In this document: positions 39,784 to 52,743 of the stretch, piece by piece
How positions within the stretch are numbered: the first letter of the stretch is position 1
Layout: every line of letters begins with the position of its first letter
Assembly: GCA_951406725.2 (NCBI GenBank)
Contig: OX597820.1
Location: 89,714,001-89,778,000 of the forward strand
DNA length: 64,000 nt
From: Octopus vulgaris
Taxonomy: Eukaryota
Direction: 5' to 3'
Notes under the pieces: generated by a model
What the model was told of the DNA's origin: nothing
The model's database searches: none
What the model saw: the letters and a program-made list of their open reading frames with translations, nothing else
Position numbers and translations under genes: made by a program

Positions 39784-39998
39784 CTAGCACTATGACCCGG
39801 CGTTGCCGTGTCTAGTGCTAGTGCTTATTGTTTGTTTCCGGTGTTTCAATAAAAAAGTTCTTACTTAATCAAGGTAGTGAAGAAACACTGTATGACTTGT
39901 GAGTTCTAGCCCTGAATTGTCTTAGGTCCCGGTGTGCTTCTGTTTGGATAGCTATAAAATGTGGTAAGAACAACACTCAGGCTTATTACAGATGAAGA
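39784..39998 (-). mobile_element. Non-autonomous mini-Helitron
   Basis: Minus strand A|TCTTCATCTGTAATAA ... GACACGGC-AAC-GCCGGGTC hairpin, ATAGTGCTAG|T: 5' TC, subterminal GC hairpin, 3' CTAG, A|T target. Confidence 0.75.
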
Positions 39999-40519
39999 TT
40001 GCTTCAGTTTGTGCTAAATCCCTTTCTTTGTTTGCCGAAATTATGTTCGCCTTTCCATCGCATGTTTTTCTAACGCGTTTGACTGATCCTCAGCAGCTTC
40101 TGAGCCCACCCAGAGGTGCAGCCGCACTGGGTAATTAATCATCACTAATTTAGCGGCTTTGTTGAAGATGAAGGGGCGCATGTTAGAAATTCAATAAAGA
40201 TTACCATGAAATCAAGCCTTCACCAACAAAATGAAATGAATAATCAGGGCTGACAAAGTTTTCAAATTTCCTAACGAGCGGAAAAATGTGACTGGAAATT
40301 AATTAGCCTCTCAATTTTCACTCGTATCTCAAAACACAAAAGCATGAAATTTCGCTTAAGAACATCTTTGTATCTTAGGTCATTCGTACCTCAAGTTAGG
40401 TTGCAGTCAATTTAAATGCGGAAGCCTGCAAGGAATAATTTTATTGAGTTTCCACTGATTGATTGGCAATTGTGGTAAACTCGAATCAAATTAAGATTTC
40501 TTGCATCAAAAGGATCACC

Positions 40520-41400
40520 CTGATAACCCTATGCCCCTGCTGATAACCCTATGCCCTAGCAAATGATTCGATCTTAGGCTGAATGCAAACAAATAAACTT
40601 TTCTTTATGAAAACCCCTTGGGCGTCAACTTACCCATTTTTTAATCCTGTTTGAATAAAACATCCCGGGCTCTCGCTGGATAAGTTAAATCAACCGAAAG
40701 CATAAATATAAAGCCCTTCCTAAATAGGTTTATTGAATAGGCTCCAACTCTTTTATGGCATACCTAAGGAATGATAGCATATCAAGCATATTTGGTCTTT
40801 CATGAAAATCCCGCTCTCTTGTCATTCACTTGGTCTAACTCGTTAATTATTCCCTGCATTTCTCGAATCAAAAAAGCGTGCACGTTTGAAAGCCCAAACA
40901 CATGGTAACGCGTCTTCGCAAAATACAAAAATGCGCTGAGTCATACAGACTGTCTGCAAATGCGCACGCGCATTCAACTTCCAAGGGTAAAATTACCTCC
41001 CTCCAATCAAAACACAGCTGGCAGTCTATTGGCGTATCTGAAGAAATCCGGCTGCTCCGCGTAAACTGCAACTTGTCTACAGGCACCACTCTCACTGACA
41101 CTCATGTCCAGGACTACTAACTTACCCTCCAGAACCAGGAAGATGGTTCAAACTTCGAGGTCCAGGCCTTTACTAAAGAGCATTGTTACGTCACCTCCCA
41201 TTGCGGGCCGACTCTGAGATGCGTAGATCTCAAAATCGTCGAAAATGGGTGCAAGAGTGTGTGTGTCGGAAATCTTGGTCTCACTGGCTGCTATCACATC
41301 CAAACCTAGCGACCTGAGGTCCTTGAGCAAGCGACCAACTTCCAGTGTGACCACAGGCAGCTAATACTTATGCAGCCCCCCCCTCCTTGACAAGGGGTTG
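40520..41400 (-). mobile_element. L1/Tx1-like LINE AP-endonuclease fragment
   Basis: LKDLRSLGLDVIAASETKIS...GGDVTMLFSKGLDLEV followed by GKLVVLD..VAVYA, typical of the APE N-terminus. Confidence 0.65.
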
Positions 41401-42074
41401 AGGAAAAGAAAAAAGAACACGTCACCAATAAAATTATCGACGACAAGCGCTAATCATGGAGATGTTGGTAGACTGGTAAACCGGTCCGGATCTAGTCCGG
41501 ATCTGGTCATGTTTCATCGTGCAGAAAGTCCCTCTGAATTTCTTTGTAAAGTTTGAGTGCGAGCTAAATTAGTATTAAGTGATCCTGAACCCTAAGGGTG
41601 GTGGTGTCGTAAATTGCACCCTCTCTCTCAATCATCTTGTTTCTAGCTATGGGAGTCATCAAATTCTTGTTGGCTCTCCTCACAGACATATAATTGGGTG
41701 TTTCTGTATTGGTTGCTGTGAACATTATTTTGGGGATACGTGTGGTTTTGAGTGCATTGGCGGATTTGGTTGGCTCTTGATCAATTCTTCAATGGCAAAC
41801 ACGAATGTTACGTTGTCAGATTTAGGGCGCGTACACTGAGATGAGAGGTGACGAAAGCCGTTCGATGAGCCAGGTGGAAGAGGCGCTACAGAGAAACAAA
41901 GTAACTATTTGGTCTTTGGTGAGCTGTGATGGGCGCATGGTACCGGTGTTGTATTTGCATTGTATTTGCTGTTTGTATGCTCGATGAGCTGGGGATTGCT
42001 GTGTTTTAAGGTGCTGGTGTACTCTCATCTGCTTTCTTTTTCTTTTGTCTTTTACGTTTTGCGGTCGATTAAAT

Positions 42075-42300
42075 AAGTGGTAGTAGTACCATTAATTGTC
42101 GGAGCCCTGAGTATACATCTTGAGAAGTACATGGAACAAATATGGGCTGCAATAATGGTGGAGCACTTTCAGAAAACAGCACTACTTGGAACCGCTCGAA
42201 TACTCCGGTTGGATGTTACCTTAGTTCACTGGTAATGAATAGCTGGCACCGTAGTACATCTCCAGCGTTAGAGGCTGTGCTAAGACAATAAATAATAACA
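42075..42300 (+). mobile_element. 3' tip of R4/Dong family 2
   Basis: VVVPLIVGAL..QKTALLGTARIL; 3' UTR nearly matches 11580-11655; AATAAT tail. Confidence 0.85.
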
Positions 42301-42308
42301 ATAATAAG

Positions 42309-42650
42309 TTTATTGTGTCTGGGGAATGTCACTCTTTTTTAGTTCCTTATTACTTAACACACTCACCGGTTCGATTTCCACTCATTTACTTATTTACATT
42401 TCTAAAATTTCCGTTGCATCTTGCAATCTCTTTAATAGTCGTTGACTTCAAGAGTGAACCGCTATTGATGAGGTTGCAAGTCACAACAAGCATTTTAGAA
42501 AAAAATATATAAGTAAATGAGTGGAAATCGAACCAGTGAATATGTTAAGTAATATAACTCTAAAAGAGAATGACTCTCCTCAGACAATAAAATATGCTTC
42601 AACACACGAATCCACATAAATAATCGTGCAAACCAAATACAAAAACGAAA
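42309..42650. mobile_element. Fold-back PLE-terminal mini-element, same family as 32193-32516
   Basis: Arms 42309-42438 / 42462-42591 plus an extension to 42650. Confidence 0.75.
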
Positions 42651-43689
42651 TCATAATAACAATAATAATAATAATAACAACAACAACAATAATAATAATA
42701 ATTATTATTATTATTGTAAGAAGGAGGAGGAGGAATAAGTGAAGAAGAAATATGATGCTTTCTTTTAATTACTTTTTAATTTACTATTGCTGCTGCTGCT
42801 GCTACAACAACAACAACAACAACAACTACTACTACTACTACTACTACTACTAATACTACTACTACTACAAGAGCTAATTATACTATCAGTAGAAACAATG
42901 GTAATTTACTATTTACCGATAGTGCAAATAGGCCGAGTATAATGAATAAACGTGAATGTCTAGCATGCAGAAAGATAACATAATTTTGAAGAATGATATA
43001 TCCTTTGAAAATACCTTTCTGTTTGTAAATATTTTGATTTCAATAATGCATTCGAAGAACATGTCTTCCTTAAAGAGATATTGAAGCGAAAGTGAAAATA
43101 AAACATATATTTAAAAAAAAAAAATGAAACAAAATATAAATGTAAAATACGTTAATTATACCTTACTCGAAAAATAACAAGAGAACGTTTTAAACAACGA
43201 AAATATCTCTTCGTGAATTCCACAGTTTATCATCCTACCACTACTAACCTTCACCAAACAAGTCTGTCGGCTTCATCTAAACACATAATAATTTACTGAT
43301 TTACATTACTTTAACCTTTAGTTTTAGCTCATCTGTGTAGAATTACACAATTTTCTCTTAAGAATGCAACATCGACATTCAAATTAGGAACTGCATGTGT
43401 CACGTAACTGGTAATCTGTAATGTGGTGAAGAGATAGCTAAAGTATAATTTACTAATACCGACACTCTTCATCATACTGATTCGAGCCATCGTTGTAATA
43501 CACCGTTGGACGGTGGAGAAGTTGGGTACGGTAGAGTTAATTTCTTATCATTAGTCATAATTTACAATGGCAGGTGAATATTTTCGGGGGTCTCGGTGCG
43601 TGCAAATATTCATAATATTCATCATGCTTCAGCATATATAGCTATGAACAGACTATGTGAATGCAACTAAATATGTAAATGTAAAAGCA

Positions 43690-43722
43690 ATATATATATA
43701 TTAGATATATATCTTATATACA

Positions 43723-43760
<38 letters not shown>

Positions 43761-43794
43761 TACATACAAATATAAATATATATATATAAATGTG

Positions 43795-43859
<65 letters not shown>

Positions 43860-43860
43860 C
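43690..43860. repeat. (TA)n-rich microsatellite
   Basis: Seen directly. Confidence 0.9.
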
Positions 43861-44151
43861 TATATATGCACATATACATGTATACACAAATGTATACATA
43901 CGTGCGTATACATTTATATATGCGTTGTAACATACAAATACATATATAAACATTGCACCATATTCAAATTCTAATGGTGCAGTCAAAATCAGAAATTAAT
44001 GGAAATATGTATAGGTATATACTTCTTATGTTAGAATATATATATTCAAACATACACGCGCGCGCACACGCAATATCGTACGGAGATATATATTCACTTA
44101 TAATTAAATGTATAACTATACGTGTGTGTGTGTATGTATATATATGTAGAG

Positions 44152-44199
<48 letters not shown>

Positions 44200-44399
44200 A
44201 TGTATATATGCACACACACGCATATATATATATATATATGTATGTATGCATCCACACATACATATACAAACACTTGTATAGATTTACTGTTAAACATTAC
44301 TCTATGTTTAAATAATGGTGCTTGCTATAAACAAGAATAAATGGAACAGTATATAGATACGTTATTAATGCATATAATAGTAATAATGATAATAATGAT

Positions 44400-44974
44400 C
44401 CTATCTACTATCTGGCAAATGCCCTAAAATTTGGAGGAGGGGTATAGTCGATTACATTGTCCCTAGTACTACACTGGTACTTATTTCATCGACCCCGAAA
44501 GGATAAGAAGCAACGCTGACCTCGGCGGAATTTGAACTCAGCGAACAGCGAATTGCCGCTTAGCATTTCGTTCAACGCACTAAAGATTCTCTCAGCTCGC
44601 TGCCTTAAAAATAATAATCATTTCAAATATAGGCACAAGATCTGAAATCCGCGGGGAGGGGGTAACATATTACATCGACACTAGTACCTAACTGGTACTT
44701 AATTCATCAAAAGACAAAGTCGACATCTCCCAGCTACCCACCTTAATAATAGTAATAATAATACTTTCTACAATAAGCACAAGGTCTGAAATTTGGGGGA
44801 GGGGACTAGTTGATTATATTGCCGCAAGTATTTGACTGGTACTCACTTTACCGATCCCGAAGGGACGAAAGGTAAAGTCGACTCCGGCGGAATTAGAACG
44901 CAACATAACAGTTGACGAAATACCATTATGCATTTCTCCCGGCGTGCTAAAGATTCTGCCAGTTTGCCTGCCTA
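44400..44974 (-). mobile_element. Three tandem SINE family A copies separated by short TAA runs
   Basis: Units ~44400-44606, ~44620-44744 (internally deleted) and ~44765-44974. Confidence 0.8.
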
Positions 44975-45027
44975 ATAATGACAACAACAACAACAACAAC
45001 AACAATAATAATAATGATAATAATAAT

Positions 45028-46279
45028 GCGAAAACATTCTACAGAGAAATATGGAAGGAGAAAATAATCATTGAAGACCCCGCTGCCATGGAAGAAGTTG
45101 AAAGCTTCTTGAAAAATATCTGGAGTGATGAGAAGACTTACAATGAAATTGCAGGCTGGAATAGACGCCCAGAAGGATCCTACCAAAACTTATCAGAAGA
45201 AGCATAGAAAGACATCAGACCCCAGTATGACACTCACGAAGGCTCATAAGTGGAAATTTCCTGATAATAATAGGGTGCCAAATTTCTGGTTCGCCTCGCT
45301 CCCATGCGCACAAGAAAAGTTAGTCCACTTATTCGAGATTATGAGGGATCATACGAAAACATCTGTTTGATTAGCAAGAGGTATTACTTATCTACTCCCG
45401 AAAATATTCAAATCAAATTTTCCCAAAACTATCGGCCCATAACTTGTCTATCTACTAGGTATAAAATTCTAATATCCATCCCCGTGGCGAAAACATACAA
45501 ATTTATGGAACAGATTGATATTTTACCCACTGAAGATAAAGAGTTCCAACGCGGCTCGCATGGATACAATGACCAACTTTTAATCATGATCCTTGAGAAC
45601 TCTCATAACAAACGCAAATAGCTCAGTTCCCATGGATTGATTATAAAAAGACCTTCGACAGTATACCGCGTTCATGGATCTTGAAATCGCTGGATATCTT
45701 CAAAATTTCTCCTATGATTAAAAACTTCCCGAAGCACAAAATATCAGTGTGGAATACGAATCTCCAGTTATACCACGCTAATGGGGTACTGGCCACAAAA
45801 AAGATTAATATTAACTGCAGCATTTTACAAGGTGACTCACTTTCACCATTAATTTTCTGCATAGCGTTAATACATTTTACAAGTGAACTTGAGAAAATAG
45901 GATATATTTATAAAATTGACGACAAGAAAATAAGTCATCAATCTTGTATGATGGCTTAAAACTCTATGGTAAAGACGATAATGAGCTTAAAGGACTATAT
46001 CGTACTGTGAAAACATTCCGTGATGACACTGGGATGGAATTTGGTCTTGATAAATGTGCCAAGGCGACTTTCCAGAAAGGGAAACTGAGAACCTCACATT
46101 CGGTGGTGCTGGATGTTGACGCAGTCATAAAATAAATCGAGCAGGAACAAACTTAGAAATACCTCGGAATAAATGAGGTCTCTGGCATTCAGCATGCAAG
46201 TATGAAAGACAAGATCAGGAAGGAGTGTTACAGGAAAGTTTGAGCAGTCCTCAAATCCTAGTTAAATGTACCTAACAAG
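45028..46279 (+). mobile_element. Older, frameshifted copy of the 14.5-kb R4/Dong family
   Basis: EEVESFLKNIWSDEKTYN, NYRPITCLST, ILQGDSLSPLIFC, FGLDKCAKATF; starts after a CAA/TAA tract and is cut at 46279. Confidence 0.9.
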
Positions 46280-47830
46280 ATGAAATATTTTTAACGGAAT
46301 TCTTAGGGATTGCCCTAGAATGATTACTGAATGATTACAGATTCAGGTTTGTGTTAACAATCTGTAATCATTCAGTAATCATTCTAGGGCAATCACTAAG
46401 AATTCCATTAAAAATATTTCATTTAGATTTTCTAAGTTATCTGCTAATGTTGACATTTTCAACGATAACGGTGAATTTTAGAACACTGCCTTACTTAAAG
46501 CAGGTTACAGAGAAAGTTACCCACATTAATTCTATTCAATCTTATTCTACCTTTAGTAATAGAAACATGAAATCTAGTTGTAACGATAAGAATGAATTTA
46601 GTTTTAATTCAGACTCCATCCGGGACAGAGGAATGTTTTTCTTTACAGCGTAAGGGGAGATAACCGTTATTTAATTCCCTTTTCTCATCCTAAAGGTAAA
46701 TCGATGTATTTTAAAGATACTTACACTAACATAGGGCAACTACAAGCAAAACTATTTGGTTGATTATTCCTTATGGGTGAATAATTAAATCTAATCTTCT
46801 AAGCTATTATTAGGAATTTTCCAAAGAATTCTAGGTATTATTATAGGTATTATTCGATTATCAACTCGCAAACGGTTAGAATTAGTTTTTCTAACACAAA
46901 AAAACTTTCACAAATTATTTCTTCATATATTAGTCTATTAAATAAGAATCCAATTACTGAAAATAATAACATTGATTTAGCTAATACTAACCATCCCCCT
47001 AGAAATATTAACAAGAAGGTTATTGTCTCTGAAGTCAATTCCAACAGAATTATGTTTATGTCTAGTAATTCTAATACTAAAAATTCTATATACCAGTGTA
47101 AAATTACTTCCAGTACGATGTCTTTTTTATATAGGTAGTCCTTTTCAGTTATCCTTTAGAATTTCTAATCATAACTCGACATTTAGGGATAGTATTAAAC
47201 GCAACAGTACAGGGTTTAGAAAATTTGGTATCTAAAAGACCATAATAAACAATTTAAAATTTAGATTGGTTGATTCTCTCCCTTTCAATCTCCTAAATGG
47301 TAAAGAATTTTGCCAACTCTGTAATAGTGAACTATTTTCTATACTATTCTCTAAGAATCCTCATGTAAACACGTTTATAGGGTGTGCTTATCGATGTAAA
47401 CATTGGCAGAAACATACCTTTAGTTCATATAAGTGATATCTACCATTCTATATAATTTGAACATTGCTTTTCTTCTAACATTTACTTCTACTAGATATAT
47501 CTATTTCCAAGCCTTTAAGCTTTTATTTTAATTCACATATCGCTCTATACTTCTCCTTTATTAGTTTTCTGCTTATTTCTTTCCTTTTCCCCTTCTCTTT
47601 CTATAGGCTACCTTTAACGTTATATCTTCTAACGGTTAAAAAAACCCCACTTAATAGCGTTCTGTTCATCATTAAAAACATTCTGTTAAAATGTCTTATT
47701 AATGAGTTGAGTTTCTTTCTTTCTTTCCCTGTTGAGAAGATTACATTGTTTTACACCATATGATTCCTTTGGAATAATACCAATGTTGCCTTCGAAACAT
47801 ATCTCGGAAGTTAAAGAATTTGAATAACAC
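46280..47830 (+). mobile_element. 5'-truncated PLE with inverted 5' duplication
   Basis: Hairpin 46280-46343 / 46359-46422, then + strand TIWLIIPYG, TVRISFSNTKKLSQII, IYQCKIT..YIG, RISNHNSTF, FCQLCNSE, RCKHWQK, homologous to the 33-35 kb PLE. Confidence 0.78.
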
Positions 47831-48044
47831 CTGCGCTTAACTCCATTTATTTATTTATATTTATTATAAAAAACATTTCACATCAACCAGGAGTTGAAGG
47901 GGAGTCACGTCCTTATTACTTGTATGATTTTTTGCTACCCTGGTAACTGTTTATTTTTTCCGTGTTAATTGTAAAAAAGGGAAAAATACAACCACCCGAA
48001 CACACAAACACACACACACACACATATATATATATATGTATATA

Positions 48045-48089
<45 letters not shown>

Positions 48090-48334
48090 CAAGTATGCCT
48101 GTAAATTTTAAGTATGACCTACATGATTTGGTAAAAATCTCATGATTATGGTTGTAGGGAATAACCTTATGATATTAATATATTAATTGTTTGTGTTAGT
48201 CAAATTTATTGTAGGAATATATTCAGTAGAACAATTTACACTAAACAAACTTATCCTACGTTAAATTCTTCTACTTGCTGTTCAAAGCTACACTCTACAA
48301 GACTTTGCTTTTCCTAAATCAATGTATCTTTACG

Positions 48335-48598
48335 TGTTCCAGTCATTATACTGCGGCTATGCTGAGGCACCACCTTGAAAAATCTCAATGGAACGAATCG
48401 ACCCTAGGGTTGATTTCTTCGTATCCTATCGGAATATTTTGCTGAATTTCCAAGTTATATAAACCAACACCAATAGTCAAGCGGTGACGGACAACAAACA
48501 CAGATACACACACACACACAAGAATATATATATGTATGTGTGTGTGTGGCGGGCTTCTTTCAATTTCCGTCTACCAAATCAACTCATAAGGCTTTAGG
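48335..48598 (-). mobile_element. Degenerate SINE family C piece
   Basis: GGGCTTCTTTCAATTTCCGTCTACCAAATC and tail homology to 56965-57350. Confidence 0.7.
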
Positions 48599-48600
48599 TA

Positions 48601-49665
48601 TCTGTTCAGTTTGGCTCACATATTTTTTAATTAATGTTTTTAACTCAATAGTTTGAAACTTCGTATACTGGTGTAATTTCTCACGCAGAACAATGTTTAA
48701 TTTGAACATTTTGGCAAACTTTTGTATTTTAGAAGTTATTTCGTGTTATAGTTGTCGTATTTGGGTAAATTTTAACCACTTAACGACGTGTATTCAGTTG
48801 AAGAAAGCTACAGTTATTTGCGATTGTAATGAAGAGGAACAACTGTCGGTTCATCTCTACTAAATGTCACGACTCTTCTCGTGCATTCCTTAATCTTTCC
48901 TTCTCCACTGGCAGCCGGCAATTTCTATAGTATCAACTCAAAACCAGTGAACTTGTCACTGCCACTATATTTTCCAGTGTATAAGCCGCTATTTTTTACC
49001 TGGAAAATTTAGCGTGCGGCTTATAGATAGGTGTAACAATACATCATATAATTACAAAATAAGGCATTTTGAAACTATATACACGTCAACAACAAAAATG
49101 CTAGCTGCGGTTTTTAGGTTTTTTAAATACCGTTGCGCTTTATGTGTGGTTAAAACCAAAATTCTCCCCCAAATTCGGCTCTACGGCTTAAATACCGAAT
49201 ATATTATGCCGAATTTGGCATTATATATTCGGGCAACGAATATATTATGTAAATAATATTTGTTTATTCTTGGTATTGATTCTTCGATGTTTAGTGGTTA
49301 CTCCGACGCGAGACCCCCCCCCTAAAAAAAGAGGTGTGTAATATGCAACACAGGTAGTAAGCAAAATATAAAATAGTACTGAGCGGCGTTATTTAGTAGA
49401 AATGACCCGGAAGGTGTACTCTTCGATTATTTCGATTACTATCGTAAATAGTAGTAGCTTTCTTCAACTGAATACGCGTCGTTGATTGGTTAAAATTACT
49501 CCAATACAACTGTAACACGAAATAACTTCTAAAATACGAAATTTTGTCAAAACTGTTCAAATTAAACCGTATTCTGCATGAGAATTACACTAGTACACGA
49601 AGTTTCAAACTGTTTAGTTTTATTTAAATTAATTAAAAACTCTGTGAGCCAAACTGAAGAGATCA
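48601..49665. mobile_element. Non-autonomous DNA element with ~230-bp terminal inverted repeats
   Basis: 48601-48831 (TTCAGTTTGGCTCAC...GAAGAAAGCTAC) is the degenerate reverse complement of 49434-49662; a pogo/Tigger-like MITE (TATTTTCCAGTGTATAAGCCGC...CGGCTTAAATACCGAATATA) is nested at ~48965-49207. Confidence 0.8.
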
Positions 49666-49879
49666 CCCTGCACCCAGAGACATGTTTCTGAGTCTTGTCT
49701 CTGGATGCAGGCTTGGCTGGAAGGGGGTGCTTGTCTCCCCCTTGTAAACATAAGGACACAGGAAATGTATGTGTCAAGACCGACAGGGAGCTTTGATGCT
49801 TCCTAGTGCTAAATAGCAATGATGGGATTCCCTTCATGGGACTGTCACGTTAAGTTGACAGTATACAACTGCTCCTTCG

Positions 49880-51015
49880 TTCCACCACTGCTTATATATC
49901 TCTAAAATATTTAGAGATTTAATATTTCTATAACCATAATAGTTATTATATTATTGTATGATTTATAACTTGTATTCTTATTAGAACAATAACATTTTGT
50001 TAATTCTGAAAGAATTAATAAAATTTGGATATATAATATTTATAATCATTAAATTTAATCCATATTTAATTAACTTCAAATCCGGTTACTCCTACGAAAC
50101 TAGTAATATGTTGATATCCATTATTGTAGCCTAACTCTATATCTGTGGGGTATTTAGGTTATAGTATTTACATCCACAAGTTTATCTTCATATTTATTAC
50201 AGAATTCTCCCTACGATAATTTAAGAAAACAAAGAATTTTTTTTTAGGTTTCTATTCAAATTTATTACGGAATTATTTCTCCGATAAACAATAATTATAG
50301 AACTGATAATAAATAGAAGACTTATTCATTTAAAGAGATAATTATCATTTATATTTTTTTACACGTTTCATTACATTTCTAGATAGAGCAAGATCCTGAT
50401 ACTTAATTATATGCACATATATATTATTGTTGTATGTTATAATTACGAAAGATGCTCTTAGACATAAAAGAGTTTGGATTAATATTATTTGAAATAGTTT
50501 TAGATTACACTTAATTATTTTGTCCGTTAAAATTTTTTGGTGATTTTTTCAATTGAATTTTTTCTTGATTGTAATTGAATAGTTAGCGCTCACACTTATA
50601 ATGCATAAACATTTGAATTAATTTTTTACAATCCAGCCGTCCTTTTACACAGAATTTCGTCCATCTTTAAACTCTGGATCTGATGAGACTTATTTATAAG
50701 AGAATTGGTTATATATAAAAAAATTGTATATAAGTCGAAATAAAGTGTTGGCCTCTTGATGTTTTGATAATTTTTTATGTTATTTTATGTTATATTAGAT
50801 TCATAGTATATTATGTTATATTATAATATAAATAAATTATTGGGTTGTCAATTGTGTCTCTCTAATTAATGTTATTATTGTAATTTGCATTATACCCACA
50901 TTTATATGGTATTCAACTGACGTATCAGTGAACTGAATGTTTTATGCACCCCTTTGAAGGAATTATTTCCCTTAGTTTGTGAATGGCCGCAGCTCTGAGC
51001 TGAAACTAGAGAGAA
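49880..51015 (+). mobile_element. AT-rich probable PLE 3' region with hammerhead-like core
   Basis: CTGATGA-GACTTAT...ATAAGTC-GAAA at 50680-50740; composition like the other PLE tails; no clear ORF. Confidence 0.4.
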
Positions 51016-51019
51016 ACAA

Positions 51020-51272
51020 TATATATTATTTACATCATTTACATTTGACGGATATTCGCATCTTGTTTGTTGTTAACACAACTTTTCGGTTGATATACCT
51101 TCCAGCCTTCATCACGTCTCTTGGGAAAATTTCGAACCCGGGTTCCCAAAGACACCTGATGTAGGCTGGAGGCTATATGAGCCAAAACGTGTTAACAACA
51201 AACAAGATGAAGACAAATATCCGTCAAATGTAAATAATGTGCATAATTCCTTTTCTCTTAAATATAGAACTG
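51020..51272. mobile_element. Fold-back mini-element with degenerate hammerhead in both arms
   Basis: Arms ~51032-51126 / ~51145-51240; consensus of the two arms is GACAC CTGATGA AGGCTG-loop-CAGCC GAAAC GTT GTGT. Confidence 0.75.
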
Positions 51273-51274
51273 TA

Positions 51275-51352
<78 letters not shown>

Positions 51353-51994
51353 CACACACACACAATCACACACATACACACACACGCATATATATATATA
51401 TATATTCGATGAGCTTCTTTCACTTTCCGTCTATGAAATCCACTCACTGTTAGACCTTTTGGACAAAGCATCATGCTTGTCAAGATTCAGAAGGGATCGG
51501 CATATAATAAAATAAGAGGACAGAAGTAGCACTGAAAATTATCATCAGTAATAGAGTTCAGGGTAGTTACATTAAAGGATCATTCTGCAGTATAAATAAG
51601 CATTTTGCAGAATTTCAGATATACAGTGTAATGCAATTACATACTGGGATATATTTGGATCGATTTGTATATGCTGTTTCAAATCTCTCAAGAATAAATA
51701 GGGTTAAATTTGTATGGATGCACAGGTCAAACACAGGTCAACTCCTGTGGATTAAGGTGTCTTCGACTGCTGCTCAGATACAAATTTAAACTATTTCAAC
51801 TGTCTTTACATAATTGAATGATTTCAAACAATAACATATTAAACCAGTCCCTAATTTCTTTCATCAAATATATCCCAGTATATTTGGCGAAAGGAACCTT
51901 TACAATGTAATAAAATGGAATTGACGTTCATCAAACAGCACCAACTCAATGATTTGCAGCCATCTTCGATTTTACTCTTACTACCCTATAAATA

Positions 51995-52210
51995 TTGATT
52001 TCAAATTTCGAAACGGAGCCAGTAATTTCTAGGGAGAGGGTGAGTCGATTGCATCGACCACAATACTCAACTGGTACTTAGTTTATCTACCCCGAAATGA
52101 TAAAAGGTAAAGTCGACCTGTGTAACATTTGAACTCAGAACGTAAAGACGAATAAAATAACACTAAGCATTCTGTCTGGCCTTCAAACAATTCTGCCACC
52201 TCGCCGCTTT
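51995..52210 (-). mobile_element. SINE family A copy
   Basis: Reverse-complement homology to 877-1107. Confidence 0.8.
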
Positions 52211-52690
52211 TCCACCCTAAAATAATTGCCTTTACTTTCTTCTGTCTCTTCTGGTTTGCATGTTTCTGTCTTTTCTTCTACCTAATTTTTCTCACCTCAC
52301 GTCGATCTCTTTAGCTTCAGTTAATTAATAATATATATTACTTTAATCATATTAACTTCTAATTCCTGCTTACCCACTTTTGCAATTAAAAATTATTTTA
52401 TATATAACAACATACTCTATTTAATCACACATTCATTCTAATCTATCAGCTCCTCCTCCAAAGTACATAAAAGGTTTTGGAAGCAATCCCTGAAAAATAG
52501 AATTAACTTCGAAATCGGTGTCGTTGGCAATAATTCTCCAACGAAAATAAATATGATAATCTTGTTAAATTTTTTGAACAATATATCAATTAATCAATTA
52601 ATACAGACAATTATATATATACATATGTGTATGCGTATGTGTGTTGCCTGTATATGTATTTATATATACATGTATGTATGCCTATATGTC

Positions 52691-52740
<50 letters not shown>

Positions 52741-52743
52741 ACA

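Noticed and set aside
40520-40557. 20-bp tandem duplication CTGATAACCCTATGCCC, telomere-like
   Set aside because: Only two units and not a (TTAGGG)n array; simple local duplication
43413-43482. Possible pre-miRNA hairpin (TGTGGTGAAGAG / CTCTTCATCATA)
   Set aside because: Only ~12 bp are well paired and the upper stem is poorly matched; could be chance in AT-rich DNA
51540-51960. Possible minus-strand LINE RT fragment (KYTGIYL..)
   Set aside because: A single weak motif; insufficient to call a family
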